28,605 nucleotides of DNA from Elusimicrobiota bacterium (GTDB lineage Bacteria; Elusimicrobiota; UBA8919), in contig JBDRIG010000061.1 in the NCBI GenBank assembly GCA_043816185.1, forward strand, positions 1-28,605, in the 5' to 3' direction. The translations under genes and the position numbers were made by a program. Under the pieces are notes generated by a model. It was given only the letters and a program-made list of their open reading frames with translations, had not been told where the DNA came from and ran no database searches. Positions within the stretch are counted from its first letter, which is position 1. Each line of letters begins with the position of its first letter. Positions 28,456-28,605 of the stretch are shown piece by piece.

Positions 28456-28605
28456 GACCCTGTTAGTCATCTATGGAAAAGCATGTCAAGTAGAAAATAG
28501 CATCCCCTTTGTCAAAAATCAGCATCTTTTGACACGCTTCCTTCCCGCTAAACGGGTGGAGATAAACGAATATAAATTTGTAAATGACACCAATAATAAA
28601 GGTGT

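Noticed and set aside
28417..28470. N-terminal extension of Lnt in the ORF track
   Set aside because: It is encoded largely by the MITE B end; the hydrophobic Lnt-like sequence begins at VRKKIFL.

Overview
AT-rich bacterial chromosome segment from a diderm (it encodes Lnt and an Omp85-type barrel); an Elusimicrobiota-like origin is my inference only. A XerCD dif site at 978-1005 lies in a ~1.9 kb gene-poor stretch, and 18 of the 21 called genes point toward it, so this is probably the replication terminus. Genes: peptidase/TolB-repeat/Omp85 fusion, TPR lipoprotein, REC-GGDEF, DegP, GH57-like/DOMON protein, class II aldolase, a two-methyltransferase restriction-modification cassette, the tgt-surE-tmk-holB-ricT-metG-tatD run, a divergent SurA_N/ZIP/trxA unit, amrS-maf, GAF/HD-GYP and lnt. 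The most unusual signals are non-coding. (1) A ~690 bp tandem array of ~111 bp multi-stem units with compensatory base changes fills the gap between the HD-GYP gene and amrS. (2) Three MITE families, each with terminal inverted repeats (TIRs) and target-site duplications (TSDs), are nested with REP-like palindromes; a 117 bp MITE sits at the same ATT of GTCATTGCG in the same orientation in three of its four copies. (3) Repeat-derived DNA is carried in frame inside lnt, tgt, tatD, holB and the Omp85 gene.
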